Shown one piece after another: positions 27,803 to 37,506 of a stretch of DNA of 64,000 nt (within the stretch, counting starts at the first letter, position 1; each line of letters opens with the position of its first letter). Both the position numbers and the translations under genes were made by a program. The notes under the pieces were generated by a model. The model was not told the origin of the DNA. It saw only the letters and a program-made list of their open reading frames with translations, and did not search any database. Origin of the DNA: an uncultured virus (IMG/VR IMGVR_UViG_3300046782_000829) (lineage: Duplodnaviria > Heunggongvirae > Uroviricota > Caudoviricetes); the IMG/VR virus record IMGVR_UViG_3300046782_000829. One strand, 5' to 3'.

Positions 27803-29562
27803 CAGGACACCTTCGGCTGACGCTTCGTCGGGCCGGCCCCTTTCGGACTCTTCTGCTCTTCACCCTGCGGAAGCTCTTGGTCCATCCTGACCTCGACGTA
27901 GTTCACGCCGCCGATCGTGAACGAGACCCCATCGTCGATCGACCATTCGCCGGAGTACTCGCGAAGTCGGAACGTCGATTGAAACCCCGCGTTCGCGTAC
28001 GCGGCCGCATAGGCGTTCGCGAGGTCGGCCGAGTAACCGGCTGCCTCGAGGAATCGGCGGGCCCCGTCCGCGACCAACATCTCCTGCTCGATCCCCGTAA
28101 GGGTCGAGTAGTCCGCATCGCGATTGACCAGGATCTCGAACGCATCCCCCGGCTTCATGTCGAAGATATCGGGATCTTCGTTCCCACCGCCGAACGAAGC
28201 GAGGTTCCGGGTCTTGAGCGTCACGGCGAGCTCGTTCCGACCGACCGTTTCGTAGATCGACTGCGCGATGACCCGCATCGTTTTCTCGTCCTCGATTCCC
28301 GAGACTCGCCAGACGAGATACTTCTGCTCGCTGTGACCGTCCCCGGGGTTCGCGCTCGTCACGATCGCGCTCGCCGGAAACCGAACGACCAACACCTTCT
28401 TTCGCTTCGCGATGTAGGACCGAACCTCGACATTCGTTGGGGCCGTCTTCGCGTACCGGCGCGCGACCTTGTAGCCCAGGACGTTTCGCCCGTAGATGAA
28501 GTGACGGCGCTCCATCTGGAGGCCCGACGGGAGCGTGCGGGTCGTGAACGGATCCTCGGGTCGCTGCGATACCGTGCTCGATAGCATCGAACGGGCCCGC
28601 TGAATCACCACGACGGTCCCCTCGACCATCACGACGTGTCCGAGCGCCCCGCAGGCATCCGTCAGGTAGTCCCAGACCGACATCTTGTTCGGCGACCCAC
28701 CGGCTTTCGTTGGGGCCGGCCCGAGCTTGGGCTTGTAGGACGTCTTGGAAAGCGCTCCGTCGAGCGACGGAACCTGCTCGCCGGCGGGCCGGTACTCGAC
28801 CGCCATACCGGCGAACTGGGGGAAGTTCGACAGGTACGTCGCGATCGCTTCATCGATTGGCTTGTTGGCCGCCAAGACGAGTCTCGGGGGCGCATCCTGG
28901 TCGATCAGAACCTTCGTATTGTCCCGGCACGTTAGGGTCGCGATCGGTTCGTTGTCCTCGTCCCAGTCGACCTCCCACTCGTCGACCCAGCCCTGAAACC
29001 GAAGATTCGACCGCGGTCGACCGGTCGCGTCGACCCAACCGTCCGGGAGTAGGAACGCGCCGGCGGCGCCCGGCGTTCGGTCGGCGGCCGAGTGTTCGTC
29101 CCCCTGCATCGCGGCCTCGTAGTCGGACGCCTTGATGGTTCCGACGTAAAGCTCGACCGCGCAGGTCCGGATCGCCCTCGGGTCGAACGGTGCGTCGACG
29201 AACTTCAGGACCAACTTCAGTTCGTTCGCACTCCGGATCCCGTTCTCCTTCCACGACGCCTGTTTCGGCACGACCCCACCGATCGACCACGATAGGCCAT
29301 CGGCGCTCTTGTCTTCCTGCTGGGGGCTGTCGGCGGAACCCGACTTCGGCGATAGGACGAGCCGCTTCGTTCCGGCGGGCGCATCCGGATCCTGCCGGAC
29401 CTCGAGCGCGTTCCGGGATGACTTCGTTCCCCGGAGCGTTTGGACGAGCTTCCGCGGCGCGTCTCCCTTTACGACCGGCGATCCGAACTCTTCGAACCGG
29501 ACGATCAGCCGCGCCTTCGCAAGCGGGTAGTAGGACTGTTCAGGCTGTTCGGGATCCGGCAC
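27802..29562 (-). CDS. Baseplate hub (gpD/gp27-like)
   Basis: FQGWVDEWEV..LTCRDNTKVLID, SVWDYL, FIYGRNV; sits between the LysM and spike genes. Confidence 0.72.
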   Translation of the reverse strand: MPDPEQPEQSYYPLAKARLIVRFEEFGSPVVKGDAPRKLVQTLRGTKSSRNALEVRQDPDAPAGTKRLVLSPKSGSADSPQQEDKSADGLSWSIGGVVPKQASWKENGIRSANELKLVLKFVDAPFDPRAIRTCAVELYVGTIKASDYEAAMQGDEHSAADRTPGAAGAFLLPDGWVDATGRPRSNLRFQGWVDEWEVDWDEDNEPIATLTCRDNTKVLIDQDAPPRLVLAANKPIDEAIATYLSNFPQFAGMAVEYRPAGEQVPSLDGALSKTSYKPKLGPAPTKAGGSPNKMSVWDYLTDACGALGHVVMVEGTVVVIQRARSMLSSTVSQRPEDPFTTRTLPSGLQMERRHFIYGRNVLGYKVARRYAKTAPTNVEVRSYIAKRKKVLVVRFPASAIVTSANPGDGHSEQKYLVWRVSGIEDEKTMRVIAQSIYETVGRNELAVTLKTRNLASFGGGNEDPDIFDMKPGDAFEILVNRDADYSTLTGIEQEMLVADGARRFLEAAGYSADLANAYAAAYANAGFQSTFRLREYSGEWSIDDGVSFTIGGVNYVEVRMDQELPQGEEQKSPKGAGPTKRQPKVS

Positions 29563-29593
29563 CCCTAAGGGTCCCAGCGGGGGGCCGGAGCCG

Positions 29594-30814
29594 TCAAGCG
29601 GTCCGCTGCGGATCGAGGATCGGGATGACTAGGGTTCGGCCGGGCGTCAGGGTCCGCTGATGCCACGGAAGGTGGTTCGCGCGCGCGATATCGACGGCCC
29701 GGTCCGGGGTCCCGTAGTGCTTCTGCGAGACGCTCGCCATGGTGTCGCCATCCTTGCACACGTGAACCTCGACCGTTTTCCGAGGAACGAGCGCGCGGGG
29801 ACCGGACGCGATGAGACGATCCTCCATCTTGGACGCGTCCGTGCCGAGCTGATTCGCCGCGTCGTGGACGCGACCGAAGTACCGCATCGAGCGACCGATC
29901 GCGACGACGTCCTGAATATGCGTCATGGTCTCGACCGGAGTTCGGTCGATCTGGTCCTTCCCCTGATTGACCGCGAGCCTCATGCTCGCCGCGAGGGTCT
30001 TGCCAGCGCTCGCGATCTGGCTCGGGATCGTGGCGGCTTTCTGCGCGACCCCGATGATTCGGCCGACGTCGTTCGCGATCCGGGTCGTCTGATCGATCAT
30101 CGTATCGACGATCGCGGCCGGCCCGAGCGCGATCGTTTCGAGTGACCCGAGCGTCAGGAATGTTGAGGTCGCGATCGGTGGCGCCGTGTTGTCGGCCGCT
30201 GCCTGGGCGGCCGCGCTTCGCTCGAGTTGTGCGGCCGACCGGGCCGCCACACCCGCGATCTCGTTCGCGGAGCTCGCGAGCCCCCGGGTCGCGCTCGCGA
30301 GGTCACCCTCGCGGGTCGAGACCGCCTTCTGTTGGGCACCACCGCGGCCAGACCAGTCGAAGCGGGCTTTCCACCGGACGTCGTACGCGGTGTCGGCGAG
30401 CCCCTCGAGCGACGTCAGGCGCCCCTCGCGTGAGCGCGTCGCGCGCGTCGACCCGTTCTCGTCCTGAACGATCCACTGGACCCGAAGCTTCGTGCCCTTG
30501 ATTCGGAATTCGTCGAGCGCATCCCAGAGGTCGAACGGCGACACGACCTTCTGGTCCCCCTCGGGGGTCGAGATCACACACGGGGTCTTGGCCAGACGGG
30601 TGCGGTTCCACTCCCCCTCCCATTCGGAGGGTTCCTCCTGGGGACCCAGAACCTGCTGGGTCGCCTCGATCGAGTTCCCCGGGTACCAGGTCGTCTTGAC
30701 GTTCTGGGTACCCTTCCAGCTCGCGCCCTTCAGCGGCAGGCCGGCCCCCCGGAGCTCAACACGCTCGCCGGACGGACCAAGGTCCTCGATCACAAGCGTG
30801 CTGAGGATCGCCAC
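29594..30814 (-). CDS. Tail tube initiator-like protein with a C-terminal LysM domain
   Basis: WYPGNSIEATQQVLGP; HVCKDGDTMASVSQKHYGTPDRAVDIARANHL...GRTLVIP. Confidence 0.8.
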   Translation of the reverse strand: MAILSTLVIEDLGPSGERVELRGAGLPLKGASWKGTQNVKTTWYPGNSIEATQQVLGPQEEPSEWEGEWNRTRLAKTPCVISTPEGDQKVVSPFDLWDALDEFRIKGTKLRVQWIVQDENGSTRATRSREGRLTSLEGLADTAYDVRWKARFDWSGRGGAQQKAVSTREGDLASATRGLASSANEIAGVAARSAAQLERSAAAQAAADNTAPPIATSTFLTLGSLETIALGPAAIVDTMIDQTTRIANDVGRIIGVAQKAATIPSQIASAGKTLAASMRLAVNQGKDQIDRTPVETMTHIQDVVAIGRSMRYFGRVHDAANQLGTDASKMEDRLIASGPRALVPRKTVEVHVCKDGDTMASVSQKHYGTPDRAVDIARANHLPWHQRTLTPGRTLVIPILDPQRTA

Positions 30815-30819
30815 GGCTC

Positions 30820-30839
30820 ACCGCGCCGCGCGGCGCGGT
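30820..30839. repeat. 20-bp palindrome, intergenic
   Basis: Exact copy. Confidence 0.9.
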
Positions 30840-30843
30840 CCCC

Positions 30844-31020
30844 CTACTTCTTGCCGGCCCAGGCCGCGAGGCCCTTGCCGAACGATGCCTTTTTCTTGGG
30901 GGCGGGAGAAGCCGAGCTTTCGGACTCCGACTCGCTAGCCGAGCTTTCGGACTCGCTGGCGGAGCTTTCGGACTCGCTCGACGCATCGAGCTTTTTCTTG
31001 AGGAACGGGGGCATCGCCAT
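30844..31020 (-). CDS. 58-aa Ser/Glu-repeat protein with Lys-rich ends
   Basis: AGGAG RBS; MAMPPFLKKKLDASSESESSASESESSASESESESSASPAPKKKASFGKGLAAWAGKK. Confidence 0.6.
   Translation of the reverse strand: MAMPPFLKKKLDASSESESSASESESSASESESESSASPAPKKKASFGKGLAAWAGKK
30911..30968. repeat. Three near-tandem copies of GAGCTTTCGGACTC encoding the SESESSA repeats
   Basis: Visible directly in the sequence. Confidence 0.8.
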
Positions 31021-31069
31021 GTTGGATTCTCCTGGCCAGAACCCTACCGCTGCTGAGGCGCCCGCACAA

Positions 31070-33004
31070 CTAGATGCCGAACGGAGTCCCGAGTCGGCTC
31101 TGGTTACGCGCGATCGCGTTCCGGACAAGGTCGCGGCGGAACGTCAGTAGAATCCGGTCCGGGTCCGAGTCTTTAAAGTCCTGCTTGATGTTGAAGGTGT
31201 TGCCGTTGAAGTTCATCTGGACCTTGTCAGGCAGCTTCCCGTGCGCGGCGTCGGTCCCCATTCCCTTGAGGATCTTGGCGAATTCCTCCGACTTCCCGCC
31301 GACGAGTTCCGCGAGGTGATCGAACCCACCCTCGACGTTCGCCCCGCTCGCGAGGAACGCATTCTGGAGCATCTCGGATCCCGCGAGCGCGTTCGCCGCG
31401 TACCGCTGAACCGCTTCGTTCTGCTGAAGCACCGCGCCGTTGAAGATATCGACCCAACGTTTCGCGCTCTCGACTTCGTCGCCCTGACCGGCCCGCTGTG
31501 CGATCTCGTCGACCTCCTCGGCCGACTGCCGGAGGATCCGGTGATGCTCCCAGACCGCATCCGCGTATTCGCCGGCCGCGCGTTGCGACATCCCCATCGC
31601 GTCCGCCTGGTCGATGTAGGCGGCCCGAAGCTTGTCGAACTCCTTCGTGTCGATCTTCTCGGCTGAACCCCCCATGTCGCGGAGCCTGACGTTGCGAGCC
31701 TCTTCGTTCTGCTCAGCATCCGACTTTCCGTGCGTCATGTCGCGGAGCTTGTTCCACTGGTCGATCGCGAGCTTCCAGGCCCCAACGGCGGCCGCGAACG
31801 CCGCGACCGCGAGCCCGAACGACGCGAGCCCCCCGGCACTCATCAGGCTGCCGCCCTTCAGCCCCATGCCGCCCATGCCGGCGAGTGAGCTCGCGACCTC
31901 GATACCGCCCTTCGCGGCCCCGATCGCGCCCGGCAGAACCGCCTTCGCGCCGAACGCGATCGCGATCTCCTCCTTGTGGGCCAGGATCCACTGCACGACC
32001 GCCTTCGCGGCGTCGAACCCCTCCTGAATCGCTTTTTTGATCTCCTCGGCGTGGTTCTGAAGGTACTGGAATCCCTCCCGGATCTTCTCGGCCGCTTCCT
32101 TGATCCAAACCCCGACCTTTACCCCCACCTCGTGAGCCCACTTCGAGATCGCCTCGCGATTCTGAACGAAGTACTCCTTCAGCTTCACGAGCGGGCCCGT
32201 CATGGCCTTCAGGATCGGGGCCCCCATCTGCTCGAACACTTCTTCCCGCATCGACTTGAGCGACTCGACCGCCTGCCCGAACGTCACGGGTGCTTTCTTC
32301 ATTTTTTCCGACATCCGCTCGACGGCCTGCTCGGCGAGCTTCATCACCTTTTCCTGCCCGCCCTCGCCGGACTGAAACATCGCCGATAGGCCCTTCGAGA
32401 CCTTCTTCGCGTTCCCTTCGACGGTGCCGGTCATGATCATCAGCTGAACGAGCGCGTTGCGGGGCCGGACGATCCCGGTTTCGAGATCGCGGAACGCGTT
32501 CGCCATTCCCTCCATCCCGCCCGGGACCGCGCGACTCGCGTAGACCATGTTCTCGGTCAGCTCTTTCGTCTGTTCGATCGACCGCTGACTTCTCGCCTGG
32601 ATCGTCGAGAACGCATCGATGATCGATTCCGTCGACGCTCCCGCCGCGATCCCGAGCCCCTCGAGCTCCTCGTGAAGCTCACCCGCTTGGGCTTTGATCT
32701 CCTCGTACGAACGCCCGCTCTTGTCGCCGATCGCGATCGATCCCGCGAGCTGCTTCTGTTCTTCCCCGAGGTTCTTCGCGGCGTTGAAGACCTCGTGCCC
32801 GAACTCCTTGATCGACTCGATCCCATGGTCGATCTGAAAGCCAGCCGCCATCGCGAGAGAGGTCTTGAAGAGCCCCGCCATCTCGTGTTGGGCCTCGTGG
32901 ACCCGCTCCGACATGTGCTCGAACCCGCCCTTTACCTTCTCGACGACGTGACTCGATTGGTCGTCGAGTTTGAGTATTGACCTGATCTCGACCGACTCAG
33001 CCAT
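31070..33004 (-). CDS. Tape measure protein
   Basis: 644-aa Ala/Gly-rich helical protein after the tail chaperones; LKLDDQSS N-terminus; hydrophobic central segment. Confidence 0.82.
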   Translation of the reverse strand: MAESVEIRSILKLDDQSSHVVEKVKGGFEHMSERVHEAQHEMAGLFKTSLAMAAGFQIDHGIESIKEFGHEVFNAAKNLGEEQKQLAGSIAIGDKSGRSYEEIKAQAGELHEELEGLGIAAGASTESIIDAFSTIQARSQRSIEQTKELTENMVYASRAVPGGMEGMANAFRDLETGIVRPRNALVQLMIMTGTVEGNAKKVSKGLSAMFQSGEGGQEKVMKLAEQAVERMSEKMKKAPVTFGQAVESLKSMREEVFEQMGAPILKAMTGPLVKLKEYFVQNREAISKWAHEVGVKVGVWIKEAAEKIREGFQYLQNHAEEIKKAIQEGFDAAKAVVQWILAHKEEIAIAFGAKAVLPGAIGAAKGGIEVASSLAGMGGMGLKGGSLMSAGGLASFGLAVAAFAAAVGAWKLAIDQWNKLRDMTHGKSDAEQNEEARNVRLRDMGGSAEKIDTKEFDKLRAAYIDQADAMGMSQRAAGEYADAVWEHHRILRQSAEEVDEIAQRAGQGDEVESAKRWVDIFNGAVLQQNEAVQRYAANALAGSEMLQNAFLASGANVEGGFDHLAELVGGKSEEFAKILKGMGTDAAHGKLPDKVQMNFNGNTFNIKQDFKDSDPDRILLTFRRDLVRNAIARNQSRLGTPFGI

Positions 33005-33404
33005 GGTCTTCTTCTTTCCTTCCGACCTGGCTTTCGAGCCGGATCACCTCCGCCAGATCGTGGTACTTGGCCTTGAACTCCTCAAGGTCTTCGTCCTGCC
33101 AGTCGCGGTCGAGCAGACTCTGGCGACCGTACCGGGCCATGTAGGAGAACATTCGCCGGCGATCCTGCTCCTGTTCCTCCGGATCGATGCTGACGTGGAG
33201 CGGCCAAAGGCAGCAGAAGACGCGCCGGGACCGCGCCGTATGGCGGTGCCGGTCCGACGCGAACGACTGGTCGTGTGCCCCCGGAACGAAGATCGCGTCC
33301 AGGATATCGTCGAGCGTGTCGGGGTCTAGCGGCCACGCCCCCGAGGGGTCTGCTGCCTCGGCGAAGGACCGACCGTCCTGACAGCGAGGCAATTCCCTAA
33401 AAAA
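32997..33404 (-). CDS. Tail assembly chaperone, -1 frameshift extension (gpGT-like)
   Basis: The -1 frame stays open from the slippery site to a stop overlapping the TMP start. Confidence 0.7.
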   Translation of the reverse strand, partial: FFRELPRCQDGRSFAEAADPSGAWPLDPDTLDDILDAIFVPGAHDQSFASDRHRHTARSRRVFCCLWPLHVSIDPEEQEQDRRRMFSYMARYGRQSLLDRDWQDEDLEEFKAKYHDLAEVIRLESQVGRKEEDHG

Positions 33405-33955
33405 TGCAGCTTCTCGTCCTGCCCGAGCGTGTGGACCTTCATGTAGTGGTTCAGGATCAAGAGCCGGCACTTCTTGCCGATCTCGTCCCAGAAACGGTTC
33501 GGGCTATTGGGGGCCGTATCGAGTCCCCAGTTCACGACCTGGCCGTCGATCGCCCGGATCATCTGTTTGGCCTGCTCGTCCATCACGCCGTCCGGATCCC
33601 CCTTCGCGCGCCGGCGCGAGAACTTCTCGTCCCCAACCGAAAGGTTCCAGACGATGCACTGCCGCTCCCCGAGCGCGGGCCGGTCGGTCCACTCGGGTTC
33701 GAACCGCATTGCCGTCATCGTGACACCAGCGGGCGGAATCGGGAGGTCAGCCGGGATCCTGACCCAGTCCGGCATCCCGACCGCTTCCGAGCTCTGGAGC
33801 CGCCCTGGCAGCACCTGCGGGGTATCGTCGTCCCCATCGAGCTCCTGAAGCTCCTGCTCTTCTTCCGGCGTTGCCGGCCGTTCCCTCACCTTGTCGGCGA
33901 GGTCCTTCATCGTGCCCGGTCCGGGCTTCTTATGTTCTCTCACGGCGGCCTCCAC
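33326..33955 (-). CDS. Tail assembly chaperone (gpG-like)
   Basis: Between tube and TMP; contains the slippery heptamer. Start may instead be ATG 33910. Confidence 0.72.
   Translation of the reverse strand: MEAAVREHKKPGPGTMKDLADKVRERPATPEEEQELQELDGDDDTPQVLPGRLQSSEAVGMPDWVRIPADLPIPPAGVTMTAMRFEPEWTDRPALGERQCIVWNLSVGDEKFSRRRAKGDPDGVMDEQAKQMIRAIDGQVVNWGLDTAPNSPNRFWDEIGKKCRLLILNHYMKVHTLGQDEKLHFLGNCLAVRTVGPSPRQQTPRGRGR
33398..33404 (-). other. -1 programmed ribosomal frameshift heptamer T TTT TTA
   Basis: In-frame CAT TTT TTA GGG matches X XXY YYZ; the -1 frame continues ...RELPRCQDG. Confidence 0.8.
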
Positions 33956-33960
33956 TTGGC

Positions 33961-34060
33961 CGGGCCCCCAGTTCCCGGTGGAGGTACTCCCGAAGGGGTA
34001 CGGGAACCAGAGGCCCGTCGCGCGTTGCGTCCTCCACTACCGGAGCCCGTCGGGCTCCGG
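33961..34060 (-). promoter_or_regulatory. Two hairpins between the tube and chaperone genes
   Basis: CCGGAGCCC-N3-GGGCTCCGG (34040-34060) and a long interrupted stem capped by cUUCGg on the mRNA strand (33961-34017). Confidence 0.6.
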
Positions 34061-34069
34061 CCCCCGGGA

Positions 34070-34510
34070 TCAAACGAGGTTCTCGTCAACCGAGCTGACG
34101 AAACCCTCCATCTTGGCCTTCACGTAGTCGCCGCGGCTCGCGACGTTCTTCGGGATCGGGCCCCACGATACGTCCGCGTACGTGACGGTCGGGGTATCGC
34201 CGTTCGGAAAAAAGTACGTGACGGTGACGTTGAAGACGAGGTCCGGAAGCGTTCGCTGAGCCTTCGCGATCACCTTTTGCTTGAACCGGAACCACTCCTG
34301 GCTCTGAAGGTGAAGCGAGAGGTCGAACTTCGTCCCGTTGTAGATCGAGTCGCCGCGGTTGCTGACCTCGCCCAGGTACCCGAGTTGTTTGATCTCGAGC
34401 ATGTCCTCGTCGTTGAACTCACTGATCGAGTTCAACGTGTCCTCGAGGACCCCATCCGAAACGATGTTGATCACGACCTCTTGGCCCTTGATCCTCTGCG
34501 GGGTCGGCAT
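34070..34510 (-). CDS. Tail tube protein
   Basis: 146-aa beta-rich protein immediately after the sheath gene. Confidence 0.8.
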   Translation of the reverse strand: MPTPQRIKGQEVVINIVSDGVLEDTLNSISEFNDEDMLEIKQLGYLGEVSNRGDSIYNGTKFDLSLHLQSQEWFRFKQKVIAKAQRTLPDLVFNVTVTYFFPNGDTPTVTYADVSWGPIPKNVASRGDYVKAKMEGFVSSVDENLV

Positions 34511-34544
34511 TGTCCGGTTCCTTCCTTCTTCGCTTCCCTGTCGC

Positions 34545-36746
34545 TTACGCGGCTTCCGTTACGTCGACGGTTTCGCCGATCGTCGTATCGAGCACGATCG
34601 AATCGAGTGACGAGATCGTCGTGACCGCGACCTTGACCCGATAGAGGCCCTGGCCGAGCGTCGTCGGCGTGTTGCCCTGCTTGTCGGAAGCCGAGAACGC
34701 CGCGATCCGCTGACTCGCGAGATCGTCCGGCGACAAGAGCCCCTTCAGGAATCCGCGAACCTCGGCCAAAAGAGCCTTGCGGCGACGGATCGTCGAGAGC
34801 TTTTTCCCGAAGCCCGTGATGCGGTTCGCGAGCGTATCTTGGATGAAGTCCGCCATCCGGCGACGCGCGATGTTCTTCAGGTTCGGGTACGCGAGCGGAT
34901 CGACCGACGTCACGCCCGACTGAAAGCTCGCGGTGCCGGCGTCCATCCGGAGCGCGCAGATACCGGCGGCCTTGAACGCGATGTAGTCCGACATCGTTAG
35001 GGATTGAGACGAGAGCCCCGACTCGATCCCGATGATGTTCCCGAGGAGCCCCGCGTCCTGGCCGGGGTTTTCCTCCGGCGGGAGCTGGCTCAGAACGCTC
35101 GCGAGGAACCCGTCGGCCCCCACGTCGACGTTGCCATCGACCGTGAAGCCAGTGCCGCCCGAGAGTCCGAGGCGTGCGATCCCGGGTACGTTCGTGCGAG
35201 CGTTCGGGTAGCAGTAGACGACCCGCTGATCCCGGTACGGGCCAACGCCCGGTTCAGAGGTGCCCTTCGCGATTGCCTTCGCGAGTGCCATCGGGGACCG
35301 CGCGAGGAACATGCGGCCGAAACAGCCGTTTGCACTCGCGCTGAGTGCGTTGTCCTTGCCCTTGCGGCGCACCGAGTTCGACTGACGAGCCGACCACGCA
35401 ACGTTGATGACCTTCGCGACCGTGTTGATGTCGAGGGTCGCGTCGAACGCAGCCGAGTACGCGGCGTCGATCTGGGATTCCGTCAGGGCCGCGACGGTCG
35501 GCGTGAGGTTGATAACGGAGAACGCCGCGAGGTCGATCGGCGAAACCGAGTCGACGAGCGTGATGGAGCCGGCGATCGATGCCGTACCGGTCCCGTCGTC
35601 GGTCGCGTGCCGCACCTTGACCGTGTAGGGTCCGGCCGATGCCGCCGTCACGGCGACGTCCTGCATCGTGACGTATTTGACCGGACCGCTCGTTTTGACG
35701 ACCGTCCCGGCCGGGATCTTCCCAGCGTCACCCGTTACGGCGGTGCCGACGCCGGCCGAAAACCCGAAGTCGGTCGCGGTCGTCGGCGTACTGAGTTCGA
35801 CGGTCCCCGTGAGGGCCGTGTTGCTCGAGAGGCGCGGTGCGCCGCTCGAAGTCTGGTCCATCGTCGTACCCGTTAGGGCGGTTTCGACGATCAGCTTCAG
35901 CTCCGCGAACGTCACGGCGTTCGAGTTCGCTACGTTCCCGGACCCACTGACCGTGCCGGCCGTCAGGCCGAGCTTCGCCGCGGTCGCACCGGTGTCGAAC
36001 CCGACGACGACGTTCTTTGCGCCGCTGCCCTTTTGGCGGGACGTCAGCCGAACTTCGGTGGTTGAGGTCGACGCGTACGTGAAACCCGCGTACTGGTTAA
36101 TCCGCGCGATCACGGCGGCCTGGGTCGTGTCGGTCGAGAGGAACGTGACGGTGAAGGCCGGCGCTGAGTCGTACTGGAGCGTGACGGTCTCGCCCCCGAC
36201 GATCGCGTAGGTGGCCGATGCTCCGGTCGTGACGGCCGCGACGGCCGTGAAAGTCGCGGTTACGGCGCCGGCGCCGTTGATCTTGAACGAGAGCGTGTCG
36301 GCCGTCGTGATCTGGTAGCTCGGCTTCGCGACTCCTGTGGACGAGCCGAGCCGCGAAAAGCTGACGCTCCCAACGCTCGTGTCGACCCGAACGAGCACGA
36401 GTCGGCTGAATCGCTTCCCCGAGAGCTGAACGGCTCCGTTGCCGTTCCAGTATTCGGGTGCGACGGCCGAGTCGGCATTGCGGGTGCGGGCCGACGGATT
36501 CTGGCCGGTCGTTCCCCCGTACGTGTAGCCGAGTGATCCGAACGTCTGCTGCATGTCCTCGGCGCCCGTGATCTCGGTCGCGAGATTGAAGGGTCCGTTT
36601 TCGAACTCCCCCACCAGCATCGCGGTGCCGGTCCCGACCCCCGTGATGGCGGCCGGCGGATCCCGGTCGATCACGTTGACCGACTCGATGTTCAGCAGGA
36701 TATCGTTGCCGGGATCGGTCGTAAAACGCCTGATGAAGTTCGCCAT
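34545..36746 (-). CDS. Contractile tail sheath protein
   Basis: ITGVGTGTAMLVGEFENGPFN; C-terminal GVTS...NIARRRMADFIQDTL; internal Thr/Ala/Gly-rich insertion domains. Confidence 0.88.
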   Translation of the reverse strand: MANFIRRFTTDPGNDILLNIESVNVIDRDPPAAITGVGTGTAMLVGEFENGPFNLATEITGAEDMQQTFGSLGYTYGGTTGQNPSARTRNADSAVAPEYWNGNGAVQLSGKRFSRLVLVRVDTSVGSVSFSRLGSSTGVAKPSYQITTADTLSFKINGAGAVTATFTAVAAVTTGASATYAIVGGETVTLQYDSAPAFTVTFLSTDTTQAAVIARINQYAGFTYASTSTTEVRLTSRQKGSGAKNVVVGFDTGATAAKLGLTAGTVSGSGNVANSNAVTFAELKLIVETALTGTTMDQTSSGAPRLSSNTALTGTVELSTPTTATDFGFSAGVGTAVTGDAGKIPAGTVVKTSGPVKYVTMQDVAVTAASAGPYTVKVRHATDDGTGTASIAGSITLVDSVSPIDLAAFSVINLTPTVAALTESQIDAAYSAAFDATLDINTVAKVINVAWSARQSNSVRRKGKDNALSASANGCFGRMFLARSPMALAKAIAKGTSEPGVGPYRDQRVVYCYPNARTNVPGIARLGLSGGTGFTVDGNVDVGADGFLASVLSQLPPEENPGQDAGLLGNIIGIESGLSSQSLTMSDYIAFKAAGICALRMDAGTASFQSGVTSVDPLAYPNLKNIARRRMADFIQDTLANRITGFGKKLSTIRRRKALLAEVRGFLKGLLSPDDLASQRIAAFSASDKQGNTPTTLGQGLYRVKVAVTTISSLDSIVLDTTIGETVDVTEAA

Positions 36747-36773
36747 GGTTCGGTTTCCCTCGCGCGCGATCGA

Positions 36774-36802
36774 ATCGTGGCACGCACGCTCCCAGGCTTC
36801 AA
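36774..36802 (-). promoter_or_regulatory. Promoter TTGAAG-N17-CACGAT upstream of the sheath gene
   Basis: Matches the promoter family. Confidence 0.5.
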
Positions 36803-37506
36803 ACGTCCGAGTCGGGACCCCCGAGGCCAAACTCGAATGTCCCGACCTCGACTTCGGGTCGGAACCCCTCGACCGGAACCAGTTTGACGACCTCGAACCT
36901 CATCTCGAGCCCCAGGTGGGCCCAGCGCCGGTTCCGGACCGCATCCGGGTCGTCGGGCCGCATTGAGGTCGCGAGCGTGAAACAGACCGTTTGGTCGTGG
37001 TAGTCGGGCATCCGGAACCGGAGCCCGTAGATCGCTTCCGACGGGACGAACGCGTCCTCGAGTGCCGCGACGAGTGACCGCCGGAGCGGCATCGAGTCGG
37101 CCCAGCACTCGACCGTAAAGGCCTCGAAGTACTCCCCCATCACCTGGAGCGCACAGTCCTTCCGTTCCTCGTCTCGCGTCGACTCAACCACGTAGGGGGT
37201 CAGACCGACCGGCTGGTATTCACCCGCACCCGGCAAGAATACGATCGACGGGAACCGGAGCTTGTCGACGTTGTCGGGCTGCTCGATGTGGACGTCCTCC
37301 GGTTTGATCCGGTACGGGATCGTGACGGGCGATCCCTTGTCACCCGGGAGCTGAAAGATGAGCTCCGAGATGTAGCGGGCCAGGATCCTGAGCGCGACCG
37401 TACGGCCGTCGACCGCCTGAAGCGCTACCTCGGGGCGGGCCGGCCACGGCGCCGTGTTGGGCGTCGCGCCGTTCATCAGGTCGTGGGCTCGTTCGCGGGT
37501 ACTCAT
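36799..37506 (-). CDS. Tail terminator / completion protein
   Basis: Directly precedes the sheath gene; RFPSIVF motif. Confidence 0.6.
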   Translation of the reverse strand: MSTRERAHDLMNGATPNTAPWPARPEVALQAVDGRTVALRILARYISELIFQLPGDKGSPVTIPYRIKPEDVHIEQPDNVDKLRFPSIVFLPGAGEYQPVGLTPYVVESTRDEERKDCALQVMGEYFEAFTVECWADSMPLRRSLVAALEDAFVPSEAIYGLRFRMPDYHDQTVCFTLATSMRPDDPDAVRNRRWAHLGLEMRFEVVKLVPVEGFRPEVEVGTFEFGLGGPDSDV

